This document shows positions 18,009-38,039 of a stretch of DNA of 64,000 nucleotides, piece after piece (the first letter of the stretch is position 1; each line of letters begins with the position of its first letter). Source of the DNA: Octopus vulgaris (taxonomy: Eukaryota); NCBI GenBank assembly GCA_951406725.2, contig OX597826.1, positions 22,754,001-22,818,000 on the forward strand. Direction: 5' to 3'. Position numbers and translations under genes: made by a program. The notes below the pieces were generated by a model, which was given only the letters and a program-made list of their open reading frames with translations, searched no databases and was not told the origin of the DNA.

Positions 18009-18613
18009 CATACACATACACACATACATATACACACACATACATACACATATATATACATACACAAACATATATACACACATATATATATACATACACA
18101 CATACACACATACATACGTATACATACATACATACATCCATACATCCATACTTACATGCATTTATACGCATACACACACCCATCTATATATATGTATATA
18201 TATATATATATATATACACACTCACACATACATATACAAATCTACGCACACACATACATACATACACGTATACGCATACACGCACATACACATATACATG
18301 CGTACCCATACACGTGCACACACGCACGCGCATCCATATATATACACACACACACACATATATATACACGTGTGCAAGCATACATACATACTCATACGCG
18401 CACACATACTTACAAATACATATATGCACACACTTACACACATATATATACATACACATATACATGCATACATACATATATGCATGCATACACACACGCA
18501 CTCATATATATATATATATACACACACACATATACACACACACACACATATATATACATACATAGACATATATACACATACATACACATACACATACATA
18601 CACACATATACAC

Positions 18614-18650
<37 letters not shown>

Positions 18651-18855
18651 TACATATATACACATATACATACATATACATACACACACACATACATATA
18701 TACATATACACTGATACACATACCCATACATACACATGCATATACTTATATCACTACATACTCACATATATAAACATATATACATACACACACATACACA
18801 TATACATGTACATACACATACGTATGCATATATACATATATACATATATATACAC

Positions 18856-18894
<39 letters not shown>

Positions 18895-18929
18895 TACATA
18901 TACACATATACATGTATACATACGCAGTA

Positions 18930-18968
<39 letters not shown>

Positions 18969-19173
18969 GTGTATATATATGTATATATGTATATATGCAT
19001 AGGTATGTGTATGTACATGTATATATGTATGTGTGTGTATGTATATATGTTTATATATGTGAGTATGTAGTGATATAAGTATATGCATGTGTATGTATGG
19101 GTATGTGTATCAGTGTATATGTATATATGTATGTGTGTGTGTATGTATATGTATGTATATGTGTATATATGTA

Positions 19174-19210
<37 letters not shown>

Positions 19211-19271
19211 GTGTATATGTGTGTATGTATGTGTATGTGTATGTATGTGTATATATGTCTATGTATGTATA

Positions 19272-19317
<46 letters not shown>

Positions 19318-19596
19318 TGCGTGTGTGTATGCATGCATATATGTATGTATGCATGTATATGTGTATGTATATATATGTGTGTAAGTGTGTGCATATATGT
19401 ATTTGTAAGTATGTGTGCGCGTATGAGTATGTATGTATGCTTGCACACGTGTATATATATGTGTGTGTGTGTGTATATATATGGATGCGCGTGCGTGTGT
19501 GCACGTGTATGGGTACGCATGTATATGTGTATGTGCGTGTATGCGTATACGTGTATGTATGTATGTGTGTGCGTAGATTTGTATATGTATGTGTGA

Positions 19597-19635
<39 letters not shown>

Positions 19636-19809
19636 TGGGTGTGTGTATGCGTATAAATGCATGTAAGTATGGATGTATGGATGTATGTATGTATGTATAC
19701 GTATGTATGTGTGTATGTGTGTATGTATATATATATGTGTGTATATATGTTTGTGTATGTATATATATGTGTATGTATGTGTGTGTATATGTATGTGTGT
19801 ATGTGTATG

Positions 19810-19865
<56 letters not shown>

Positions 19866-20316
19866 TATGTATCTGTATGTAGGAGTATATATGTGTGTGT
19901 GTGTATGTATATGCGGGTATATATATATATATGTATATTTATTGGTGTATATGTATAGACTAGCCTCCTAAAGTGTAGACACGAATCTGTAGGTACGAGT
20001 ACGTATGTGTATATACGTGAACGTATGTAGATGTTTGTATGTATGAATATAACGCGTGCGTACGTGTATGTGTATGAGTGTACGAATGGGTGAATGTACG
20101 TGCTAATGAGTGTGCGTGCGGGAATGAGTACTTGCCTTCTAGTAGACAGACAAATGGACATGCAGCCATTGCCAGGATTCTTAGCCCTAGCGATCAAAGA
20201 TAACAAAAGTAATAAATGAAGATAATAAAATTAAAATTAGGGAATGGGCCTGTATTGGATTGTATATATATATGTGTATATGTATATTTGTATGTATGTA
20301 TGTGTGTATGTGTAGG

Positions 20317-20357
<41 letters not shown>

Positions 20358-20815
20358 ATATATATATGTGTATGTATGTATGTGTGTGTAGATACGTATA
20401 CATGTGTGTATAGGTATAAGTGAGAATCTCCTTATTTACCTATAACTCTATCCCCCCTTTTTTTATATATATATTTTTATATATATATTTTATATATATA
20501 TTTTTTTATATATATTTTTTATATTTTTTATTTTTTTATTTTTTTATTTTATTTTTTTATTTTTTTTTTTTTTTTTTATTTTTTTTATTTTTTTATTTAT
20601 CTATTCTTTCATCTAACTTACCACTGACTCCTTGACCACTCCCCTAAGTATGATATTTTGCGCTATGCCTACCCCCAAAAAGTCCCCCACCACCACTCCT
20701 TTAAACCTGCCTAAATGTATAAATGCTAATACAATTCTTGTTAAATAGCTTCCTGAAGATTTCTCTTGAATGAAACAGTACTAGTCCTGTAGAAGCTCCT
20801 TCTATATAATAAATT
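17011..20815. repeat. Large inverted duplication (palindrome); arms ~17011-18897 and ~18927-20815, spacer ~29 bp
   Basis: Unique blocks 17013-17220, 17570-17870 and the intervening microsatellite variants recur as reverse complements at 20595-20812 and 19955-20265. Confidence 0.95.
20747..20797 (+). ncRNA. Hammerhead-ribozyme-like motif (mirror copy on the minus strand at ~17025-17077)
   Basis: AGCTTC-CTGAAGA-T TTC TCTT GAA T-GAAA-C AGTACTA G-TC...GAAGCT; both core boxes present, stems I and II imperfect. Confidence 0.45.
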
Positions 20816-20853
20816 AATATATATATATGTATATACCTTACTTATATAACCCC

Positions 20854-25225
<4,372 letters not shown>

Positions 25226-26439
25226 TAGACTACGACTCTCTCCTTCAAAAGTGCTCCCATGCAAAATTTCAGCTACCAAAGAGCAAAACTGTTACCTACA
25301 AAATAAAATATGTATATTATATTCTCACACACAGACATACACATATATGTCTGTGTAGACGCATGCACACACACACACACACACAGAGCACCATGTGAAA
25401 TTAGGATAAAGTGTCTGTTTGCTGCCATTACTTGGTCAAACAAATGGACCTGGAAGAATTTAGCAGTTGAACCAACGGTTGACAACACAGAGGCTGAGGT
25501 TGTAACGCAGTCGCGTAGCAAGCTAGAAATAGCGGCCAACCGCCTCGGAAACATATTCTACTTGTCTTCTAATTTACTGGTGCTTTCGACCAGTTTTCCG
25601 ATTAACCAACACATTGAGTTATAATGTACGAAGTTCAGTATTCCACAGACACGTGCATTCTCAATGTAATTTCTAGGCAGAATGTGCGACAAGGTTGACC
25701 CTTAAGGTACAATTCATCCGACGGGCCGACATAGTTTCCGTTATCTCAGTTTCAGTGACAAGTGTGTTTGCCATCTAGTGTGATCGAACCTCGCATTTCA
25801 TGATTGCCGAGTAAACTTCTTGACCATGCATACCCCTAAAAAGACGGTTATAGTAACATACATCAGCATCGACTAACAGTCTAAACAACACCACCAACAC
25901 ACACACACGCACACACACAATATTAGAGACAGCCGGTTGCTCAGTTGGAAAACAGCCGCCACCTCAGTGTATTGAGCATTGCGACACCTGCACAAGTACT
26001 TTCTGAGATGCTGACATTGCAGTTTTATCATTATCTCACTCTATTTCACATCAGACAATGGACATTATAGGAATGACTGGGGCGGGAGGAAGTGCTAGCG
26101 TGTCACCTACTCCTTTTGCATATAACATGTGCAGTTAAGTGTGGACGAGTGACTAATATATCATTACAGCGACCAAAATAATTTTAATTATTATTTTTAT
26201 TTATTATTATTATTATATTTTTTTTGCTTGCTACACCAGGCTAGCTCCTATCCAGACTCTGATCTAAAAGGACATTACTCTAGACCTTTCATTGGGAAGA
26301 CTCGTTAAACTTAACGAATTTTTTCATGTGATTATCTGTCACATGTAATCTCTTCGTGTTTTCCATAAAGACAAACATAATCGCGGTTTCTATTTGAAAT
26401 ACTTCTTACACGATCCTTGTTCTTTCTTTATAGTTCTTT

Positions 26440-26990
26440 ATGTTTTATATTGTTCCAATCACTAGATGCGGTCGTGCTGGGGCACCACCCTGAATTTTTG
26501 GTAAAAAAAATCGACCCCAATACATATTTACTTATTTTTTCTTTTCAGCTTGGTACTTATCCTATCGGTCCTCTTTACCGAACTGCTAAGTTACGAAGCG
26601 TAAACACGCCAATACCGGTTTCCAAGCAGTGAGGTGGCGGGTGACAAACACACACACACACGCACGTGCGCTCGAACGTGTGTGTTTGTGTATATATATA
26701 TATATGACTGAATCAAGTAAAAGAATAAAAGAAGATATATACACACACACGACCGGCTCCTTTCTGTTTCCGTCTATTAGATCTACTAGCGTAGCTTGTG
26801 TGTGTGCCGTCCAGGGTGGCCCTTCCATTTGCCGTCCCTGGATCTCACGAAAAACACATATTGTCTACAGCGGACCCAAAAGTGCCGTCCAGGGCGGAAC
26901 CCACCTCCCCTAGCTAGGCCAGTGATCAGATCCACTCTCAATGATTTAGTCGGCCCGGGGTATATTAGAAGACACTTGCGGAAGGTGCTG
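26440..26990 (-). mobile_element. Degenerate SINE (type 1) interrupted by a MITE
   Basis: Matches 51594-52012 in blocks (ACTTATCCTATCGGTC...GAACTGCTAAGTTACG; TTTCCGTCTA...TCCACTC; AGAAGACACTTG). Confidence 0.7.
26784..26924. mobile_element. 141-bp hAT-type MITE
   Basis: TIRs TACTAGCGTAGCT / AGCTAGGCCAGTG; 8-bp TSD ATTAGATC (26776-26783) / ATCAGATC (26925-26932); three internal TGCCGTCC motifs. Confidence 0.7.
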
Positions 26991-28295
26991 CGTCAAACAA
27001 ATACTGATGAAAACCTCACTATCATTCTTCGTGCGCATCGATGGAGAGATCAAATGAGACCGTTCAACTACTAAATGAATCCTGCTGATGTCCTTGTGTT
27101 AGGGTTACGAAGTTCTTGCATTTTTGCAAGTTCCATTGTCATAAAGTACACTGTCCAAGTATTTTAACCAATTTTAAAGTAATCAAGATTTTGTATGTAT
27201 TTTGTAAAATCATTAATTACCTAGTTGGTGTTTAAGAGCATAACAAAATTACTGTGAAAGATTTTGATTTAAATAAGAGTATTTTATAAAATATATGAAG
27301 TCTTTTATGCTAGAATTAGATGTAGACGGAGAAAATCAAGAGATTTAAAATGTTGCACTCAAACCGTGCAACATAGCTTTAGGCCAAATTTCTAGCAAAA
27401 ATGTTTAGTCACTTCTATACCAGGTTAGCTGCAATCCGGCGGTCTTATGGGCAAAGGTATTTCCGTTTTAACCATCGTTTTTCGTGGAATATAGGACTAC
27501 ATTATCTAATGTGCCCTTATCTTTGACGGGTGATTGTGATTTAAGGTCCATTTGGCTGCAGTTTTTAACACTTCGAACACGGCGTTAAGTTTCCTCACCG
27601 GTTAGAGCTCTTGAAAGTGAAAGAGAGAAATGAAAGAGAGAGGGAAGAGACAAACAGACAGTCGTTTTTTTGTATCCTTTTAATATCAAAAATGAAAAAC
27701 GAAAACAAAAACACTCATCAAATGAGAGGAAGATAATCGTCTTCCTTCATCTTGAAACCTTGAATATTTTCCTTTAAAATACTCTTACATGACAAACTAA
27801 TTACAATTCTTTTTGGCAATATTTTATAATTATTTCTCCTCCTCAGGGAAACATAGAGTTGCTGTTGTAGTTTAGGGTTCTTTCACCCCTGATCGAATAC
27901 ACTTATGATCAAAAGTATCCCAGCCGGCAATATTCCCCAGTTTTTTTGTTTTAAGAAGCATTGTCTACAACTGCATTTTTCTAAAGTATCCATTTCTCTT
28001 TAAAGCCGGAAGTCGTATTGAAAGTAAGATTTGCCTAATTTTTCGCATATCTTGTGATCTCGTTGGTGTAATTCGAGTTGGTGATGTTTTACAAAGGCTA
28101 AAGCTTCTTTTCCCGCGCTTCATACATAATGTTGCGACTGGATAGTCATTCCCTGTTAAATAAATAAAAAAAATAGTATGAAGTCACTCGATGAAACGGT
28201 CACCAAAATAAATATTTAACGGACAAATATGTCCTTACACGTGCCTAGATACACACACACACCCATCCACGCATGCATGCATATATACGTGTGTA

Positions 28296-28326
<31 letters not shown>

Positions 28327-28729
28327 GTACTATATATATGTGTGTATGCATGTATTACGTGTGTGTATGTACGTATGTATTTGTGTATTATGTATGTATA
28401 CCATTATTCAGTTTTATTTCAAGATTTCTAGCTAATAGAGAAAGAGCTGGTTTCTAAACTAGATCCAAGGCTCCTTCACTGTAATTTCAACGTCAACAAC
28501 AATGTATGTATGTATGTATGTATGTATGCATAAATGAATACGTGCAGATTAGTATGTTTTCTTTCATATATGTCTTATGCATATAGTTGCGTGTCTAGAC
28601 ATGCTCATATATACTTAAATGATAAAACTTCTGGAAAAACTGAGCCTATCTCTAATTCGCAATGCTCAGTCTTTAAGGCCACGATTACACCATACCTCTT
28701 CATTTCTTGAGTAATCTAAGTGTCTAATA

Positions 28730-29527
28730 TTATTTTCTGAAACGTAAATGACATAAAGTTAATTTAAAAACATCACACAAAAGCACACAAATAATGTCTT
28801 GATGCACACACAGTGTCACACGAAACTCACTAAACCAAAACACAAACTTACAAAACACACACAAAACACAATGCTCAGTCTTTAAAACACACAAATTACA
28901 CACAAAACACTCTACACAAACACACATCTAAGTCACAAATAACACAAAACAACATAAATTAATTTCAAAACACAGTAATAACACAAAAACACAAAACAAA
29001 CACAAAACGCACAAAAAATCGCACAAAAAACACACAATAACACAAAACACAAGAAATCACAGAAAACAATGTCACAAAAAAAACACACAAAAAACAATAT
29101 GCAAATACAAAAAACACACGTAAAAATACACAAAACACACTGATCACACACACAAATACACAGAAACACACACATAACACACACAAAAACACAACACACA
29201 AAAGAAACAATTCCACACAAGACAAACACAACACACACACGAAATACACACAAACACACATAAGACATATACAGAAAACTGAAAAAAAAAACACGCAAAA
29301 CATAATCATTAAAGACAAACATCATTAAACACAAAACACATACAATATACACAGCAAGCAACACACAAAATACAACAACAAAAACACGTAAAAATACACA
29401 AACTAAACACACAAAACACACTCAATATACACACAAACACAAAACACTCAAAACACACCAAACAAACACAAACACATGCATAGCACACGGCACACAAAAC
29501 ACAGATACAGAAAGACACATACAGAAA
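28730..29527. repeat. A/C-rich low-complexity tract (ACAC/AAAAC), strongly G-depleted on the + strand
   Basis: Direct inspection; retains vestiges of the upstream unit AATGCTCAGTCTTTAA (28661, 28870). Confidence 0.8.
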
Positions 29528-31079
29528 ACCTAACCCTAACTTTCCTAAGCAACAACCCAATCCTAAGCCTAACCCAACCTAACACAACCCCAAACTCCAA
29601 CCCAACCTAAACTGTAATGACAACCCTAACCCTAAACCCAGAAGTAACCCTAACCCTAACCTAACCCAACAAACCCAACCTAACAACCAAACCCTAACCC
29701 TAAACCCAAACCTAACCCATAACCCTAAACCCTAAACCTAACCCTAACCCTAACCCTAACCCTAACACCAACCCTAACCTAACCCAACCTAACCCTAACC
29801 CTAACCATACGAATACAACATATGTTAGCTCATTAATAATACGATTATATTTATCAAAGAGATAGATCACTAAAATCTGTGTCTCTAATCACATTCATTG
29901 TACGTAAACGTATCAAAATATGAGTGAAAATACGAACAATATTGCAAATGCAAATTTCTTTTTTTCAGTTTAGGTATTAACATATTTGTGACATTTCATT
30001 CTATGTGTGAAACACTTTTCAGACTAATAAACTTGGTCACATATATATGTTAGTCGATTATTATATATATTTATCAGAGATAACTGAAATTACAAAACAT
30101 TTTCAGAAAACGAAATGTGTCAAAATATGCAAATATGTACAGATAAATTGTGCAAATTTTTATAATAGTTCAGTTGTATATGAAAACGATTACATGGTCA
30201 GTACAAACTCATCAGTGCAGTCATAACCAGAAATACATAAATATAAATACTTATACATATACACGTATGTATGTATGTATGTATGTATGTTGTATGTATG
30301 TATGTATGATAATATGAGCATATTTATCAAAGAGATTACTGAATCATAAAAGCTTTTCAGGAAAATAAGGTATCTAACCTAACCCTAACACTAACTCTTA
30401 CCTAACACTAACTCTTACCCTAACCTAACCCTTACTGTAACCCTAACCCTAACCCTGACCCTGACCCTAACCCTAACCCAAACCCTAACCCTAAACCTAA
30501 CCCTAACCCTGACCTAACCCTTACTGTAACCTAACCTAACCCTATAACCCTAAACCCTCAACCCTAACCCCTAGTGACCTACCTAACACCAACCCCTAAC
30601 CCGTATAAACCCTAAACCTAACCCTAACACCAACCCCTAACCCGAACCCTAACCCTAAACCTAATCCTAACCCTAACCCTAGCCCTAACCCTAACCCCTA
30701 ACCCTAACCCCAAACACTAACCCTAACTCCTAACCCTAATAACCCCTAAACCTATATAACCCTAAACCTAACCCAACAGTAACTCTAACCCAACCCAACC
30801 CTAACCCTAACCCTATATATAACCCTAACCCTAACCATACCAATACAACATATGTTGGCTGATTATATATATCGACTATATTTATCAAAGAGATAGATCA
30901 CTAAATCACAAAACTTCTCACGATGCATAAACGTATCAAAATATTGCTAGTAAGTATATAAATATGTATATAAATCATATATGTATATATGCATATATAT
31001 ATATATATATATATAACATATATTGTATATATATATATATATATATGTATAACACTTTTCAGACTAATATATATATATG

Positions 31080-31118
<39 letters not shown>

Positions 31119-31688
31119 CAGAGATAACTATATATATATATAACATTTTCAGATATATATATATATGTGTCAAAATATGCAAATATGCATGAAAACGTGA
31201 TAAAAAGTAAAAATATTTTATATATATAGTTCATTTGTATATGAAAACGATTACATGGTCAGTGCCTTCCACTCCCTCCATTCATCAGTGCAGTCATATA
31301 ACCAGAAATACATAAATATAAATACTTAAACATATTACATGAATGTAACATATACGTTAGCTGATTGATAATACGAGCATATTTATCAAAGAGATTACTG
31401 AAATCACAAAACTTTTCAGGAAAATAAGGTATCTAACCCTAACCCCAACCCCAACCCTAACCCTGGCCCTGACACTGACCTGACCTTAACCCTAACCCTA
31501 ACCCTAAACTTACCCTAAACCTTACCCTAATAACCCTAAAAATTATATTATATATATGAAAACGATTACATGGTCAGTGCCCTCCACTCATCAGTGCAGT
31601 CATTAACCATAAATATATATATATATATAATATACATATTACACGTATATGCAACGTATATGTTAGCTGATTGATAATATGTATATAT

Positions 31689-31719
<31 letters not shown>

Positions 31720-32167
31720 GTATATGTATAAAATATATGTAATGTAACCCTAACTCTATATACCCTAACCCTGACCCCATATGTATTACGTATAATATAT
31801 ATATTATATATACCCTTATTATTATATAGAGATAGATCACTAAAATCACAAAACTTCTCACGATGCATAAACGTATCAAAATATTGCTAGTAAGCTTGAA
31901 AATATGAATATATATCTGTCAAATGCAAATTTCTTGTTTTTCAGTTTAGCTATTAACATATTTGTGACATTGTCATTCTTGTGAGAAACACTTTTCAGAC
32001 TAATAAACATATATATATGTTAGTCGATTATTAATATTATATTATGTAGATATGAAATCACAAAACATTATTCAGAAAATTATAATGTGTCAAAATATGC
32101 AAATATGCATGATATAACGTGATATAACAATAACATTTTATAAAAAGTTCAGTTGTATATGAAAACG

Positions 32168-32234
<67 letters not shown>

Positions 32235-32399
32235 GATATATATGTATATATATATATATGTATATATATACGAGTATATATATATCATATATATATATAT
32301 ATATATCACATATATGTGTATATATAGGATATGAGGTATATATATATAACCCTAACACTAACCCTAACCTAACCATACGAATACAACATATATATTATA

Positions 32400-32400
<1 letters not shown>
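29528..32400 (+). repeat. Satellite of ~1-kb units containing degenerate telomeric (CCCTAA)n
   Basis: (CCCTAA)n-like tracts at 29528-29805, 30375-30835, 31434-31538, ~31746-31775 and ~32349-32374, followed by a recurring spacer (CCATACGAATACAACATATG, AAAGAGATAGATCACTAAAATC, GTGTCAAAATATGCAAATATG). Confidence 0.88.
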
Positions 32401-34120
<1,720 letters not shown>

Positions 34121-34122
34121 TA

Positions 34123-34525
34123 TCATCATCATCATATATATGTATATACGTCCATATCTATCCATGATATATGGGTTGGATGGTTCGACCAGGGATCTGG
34201 GAAGCCAGAAGGCTGCACCAGGCTCCAGTTTTATCTGGCAATGTTTCTACAGCTGGATGCCCTTCCTAACACCAACCACTCCGTGAGTGTAGTGGGTGCT
34301 TTTTTATGTGCCATCTGCACAGGTGCCAGGCGAGGCTGGCATCGGCCATATCGGATTGGTGCATTTATACATGCCACCGGCATATATATATAGGCGGCAT
34401 ATATTCGGATAGTGCTTTTATATATACTACCAGTCCAGGGTCCTGGCATCTGCCAGGTGCCAGTTATAGGATTGGTTCAATATTTGATTCCGATTTCGAT
34501 TTCATATTTCACTTGCCCCAACAGT
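34123..34525 (-). mobile_element. 3' end of an RTE-type LINE/SINE with a (GAT)n tail
   Basis: CATCATCAT...GGGTTGGATGG...TTTCTACAGCTGGATGCCCTTCCTAACACCAACCACTCC; second copy at 49033-49280. Confidence 0.6.
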
Positions 34526-34689
34526 ACATATATATAAGTACACATACATGCATGCACATGCACAACACACACAAGCACACACATATATATGCATATATAT
34601 ATGTATACACAGATATAAGTATATGTATCTGATACAGGTATGTATATATATAACTCATATACTCCCAGGTATATGTATATATATATGTA

Positions 34690-34825
34690 TAAAGGCAGAC
34701 TGTATGATGCATATGTATATAGCCATGCCATGCTATATATATATGGGCCGTATATGATATATGCGTAAGTTCGCGAGGAATGAAGCCAGTATGCTCCATA
34801 TGGATGTGTAATGTCAGTGTGCATA
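34690..34825 (+). pseudogene. RTE-type RT C-terminal fragment with patches replaced by TA repeats
   Basis: KGRLYDA... and MRKFARNEASML..WMCNVSVH are readable between (TA) patches. Confidence 0.55.
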
Positions 34826-34929
34826 TATGTATATATATATGATTGATTGATTGATTGATTCTAGTTTCAGCTTATGAGCTGTGGCCATGCTGGGGCACCG
34901 GCCATTTGGTGTTGCTACTTGGTTTCACT

Positions 34930-37472
34930 TCATGGAGGCTTTCTAGCAACTGCTATTTGGTGCATGAGAGAGTTCGATGCAGCTGCCCTCATCTGCCCCT
35001 CCTGCCGTGAAGTTGGTTCTTCTGGGACACCTGACAGGAAGAGATCCAGCTTCATTTTAAAGACATCTGTATCCACCCCATGCAGGTCTCTCAGGTTCTT
35101 CGGGAGGATATTGAAGAGCTGTGGGCCTCGGAAGCCCAGGCTGTCACAGAATCCTGTCCTACATCTTGATGGCAGATTTGGAGTCCTAGGCACCACGCAG
35201 TGGCGCCCAGTTCTGGCATTTGCGTAACTCTCGATGCCAAAGTTCAGGACACTTCCCTCCAGGATCTTCCAGATGTATATTATGGCATATCTTTCCCGCC
35301 TACGCTCCAGGGAATATAATTTTAATCTCTTGAGTCTTTCCCAGTAGCTTACATTCTGCATAGAGGCTATCTTCTTCGTGTAGCTTCGTTGGATCGCCTC
35401 AAGTTCTGTGATCAACTTGACACTGGATGGTGACCATAGCTGAGAGCAATAGTCAAAGTGGCTTAGGACAAGTGTCTTCCAGAGGACCATCATGGTTTCT
35501 TGTTCTCTTGTTCTAAAGGTTCTAAGAATCCAGCCAGCCAGCCGTCTACATTTCATTGTCAGTTTAGCAACATGTACATGAAAGGTCGCGTCATCACTCA
35601 TGTGAATACCCAGGTCACGCACTGATTGTGCCTCTGGGATTGCAATCCCTCCGGGTCCAGTGTATTCATTGGGTATTGCATTCAGTTTTGCATGCTGATA
35701 GTATAAAGCTTGAAACTTTCCAGCATTGAACTGCATGCTATTCTTTTCAGCCCACTTGTATATTTCGTCCAGCTCACATTGCAGGTGTTTAGTGTCCTCA
35801 GGGTTCTGTATTGCCTGTGAAACTTTTGTATCATCTGCATAACTTGTGATCGTGGCTCTCTGCGTGGCTGAGGGCATGTCTGAGAGGGCCATTATGAACA
35901 GTAGTGGTCCCAGAACAGTGCCCTGCGGAACACCGTTCACTATTTGTGTGTTAATGGAGGTGGCCCCATTGGCTACTACCACCTGACTTCTATCCTTCAG
36001 AAAGTCATGAAGCCATTCTCCCAGTTTTCCAACTATGTTGAGATCACGCAGTTTGTGACATATCATTCCATGATCGACTTTATCAAAGGCCTTTGCAAAG
36101 TCGAGATATATCACTTCCACATTTGAGTGGTTGAGCAGCCGTTTCAGCACCCAGTCATAGTGTTGTATGAGCTGAGTTAAACAGCTTCTCCCTGGTCGGA
36201 AACCACGTTGGGTGTCGGGCAGCAAGTCATTCTCTTCAAGGAAGGTGATCAGCTTCCTTCTGACTATTCGTTCCATAACCTTGTTGATGTGTGAGGTCAG
36301 AGAGATAGGTCTATAGTTCTTGGCTTCCGCTCTGCTACCTCCTTTATGAATGGGGCATATTTTACCTTCCTTCAGTTTTCCTGGAAGTTTGCCAGCTGCA
36401 AGGAAGCTCTGAAAGAGGAACTGCAGTGGTCTTCCTAGGACTCTCTTACATACTTTTAGAAGGATTGCCGGGAATCCATCGGGGCCAGTAGCTGAGTCTG
36501 TTTTCATTTCATCTATAGCCTTGGTTACATCGTCTTCCTTTATATCGATGTAATCTATCGTCGCCGCCTCTGATTTTATATCTGCAGTGGTAAAAATGTC
36601 AGTTGGATTGGTGATTTGGAGATGCCCAAGGGGTGGAGTGAAAACACTCTTGAATTGCTCATTCAGTATTTCACTTACCCTCATTGGTTTTCCTGTAAGT
36701 GTGCCATCCTTTTCGAGGAGTGGCCCTATTCTACAGTGCACTGTAGCTGTTTCTTTGGCATACCTGTAGAAAGCTCTGGGGTTAGATTTTATGTTTTCTA
36801 TAGCCCAGGCTTCCTTGTCTGTTTTCTATAGCCCAGGCTTCTTTGTCTGCTCTTTCTTTTTCATGGGAGACTTTTCACTGCTTTCAATCTGTTTGTTTAG
36901 GCGATTTGAAAATTTCGTACGCCGTCTCATTAAAATTGTCCTCTCTCTGGGGATTTTGTTCTTGTGTACAGTGGCCTTTCTCTCTGGGACACATTTGTAG
37001 CATATGGCTTGCATTACAGACATGAATTGTTGAAGTTTCACGTCGATGTCTGGCGAGGAGAGACATTTAGGCCAGTTTTGTTTGAGGATCTCTTTCTTCA
37101 ATTTGTTTCCAGTTTGCCTTATGGTAGTTCAAGCTGGAAAGATTTTGAGGGTTTCTTGTAGGCTGCATGTCCGTGCTCTTTTTGGCCCGTACATGGTCAG
37201 CTCTATCATGTTGTGATCCGAGAGTAGTGTCGGTGTCACTTTCACATTATGGATGAGATCCATGTCATTTGTGAAGCAGAAATCCAGTGTATTACCTGCC
37301 CTGGTTGGTTGGAGTATTACCTGCTCCATGTACAGGGTGTTGATGAGGTTCAGGAGGGACCTCGCCTGTCCTCGTTCACATCTTGTCATTCCTGGGAGAG
37401 AAAGGCCCTCGGGCCATCTGACATTGGGCAGATTGAAGTCTCCCATAAGAAGCACACCTATGTGTTGTTCTA
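34930..37472 (-). pseudogene. LINE A copy 1 ORF2 (partial APE + RT); RT portion 34930-36741 is open
   Basis: LMGDFNLP, PTRAGNTLDFCF, LLSDHNMI; NYRPISLTS, YLDFAKAFDKVDH, GVPQGTVLGP, YADD; frameshifts upstream of RT. Confidence 0.92.
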
Positions 37473-37988
37473 ATGTGTGCGCTGTTTGGTTCCATCCTTT
37501 GCGGTTCCACTTCTATTCCTGGTTGTTTCACCCTTTGGTCCTGCTTGAGCTTTTTCTTTTCCTTTAGCTCTTCCAGTCCTTCTTTTAGTTCTTCTTCCTC
37601 CCTCTACCTCTTCACCTGGTTCTCCGTCTCTATGGCCCTTGCTGCTGGTTGGAGAACTTGCACCTGGGTTCACTTCCCGGGCAGGTTTCTCATTCAAAAC
37701 CTCCTCCCGGGCGTCCACCAGGTGGGGGTGACTTCTTTCATCGTCTCCATTCTTGCCATCTTTGCCCCGCTCGTTCTCAAAGATGGCATCAAGTGCGCCA
37801 ATGTGCGACCGTACAAGCGCATATGAGCGCACGAATTCCCGTCTCTTTCGTTCCATCTGAGCCGCTGTCCTCTTGTAGCCTCTGCTCATCAGCGCAGCCG
37901 CAATCACCTCGCTAGGGCTATCTCCGCCGGCGCACTCCCATGCTTGTACGAATAAATCCAGCTCGTCAGGTCTCCATGCTCTGGACAT
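37470..37988 (-). CDS. LINE A copy 1 ORF1, truncated by the deletion
   Basis: Nearly identical to 40788-41296; ends QRTH* at the deletion junction. Confidence 0.8.
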   Translation of the reverse strand: MSRAWRPDELDLFVQAWECAGGDSPSEVIAAALMSRGYKRTAAQMERKRREFVRSYALVRSHIGALDAIFENERGKDGKNGDDERSHPHLVDAREEVLNEKPAREVNPGASSPTSSKGHRDGEPGEEVEGGRRTKRRTGRAKGKEKAQAGPKGETTRNRSGTAKDGTKQRTH

Positions 37989-38039
37989 GCTGGATAATCC
38001 GTCTATCCGTCTATCTATCTAATTATGTTCGAGAGAAGA

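Noticed and set aside
28933-29560. Cys/Val/Phe-rich membrane-protein-like ORFs
   Set aside because: Product of A/C low-complexity sequence that is probably corrupted.
29528-30835. True chromosome end
   Set aside because: The repeats are degenerate, short and internal, with ordinary sequence on both sides.
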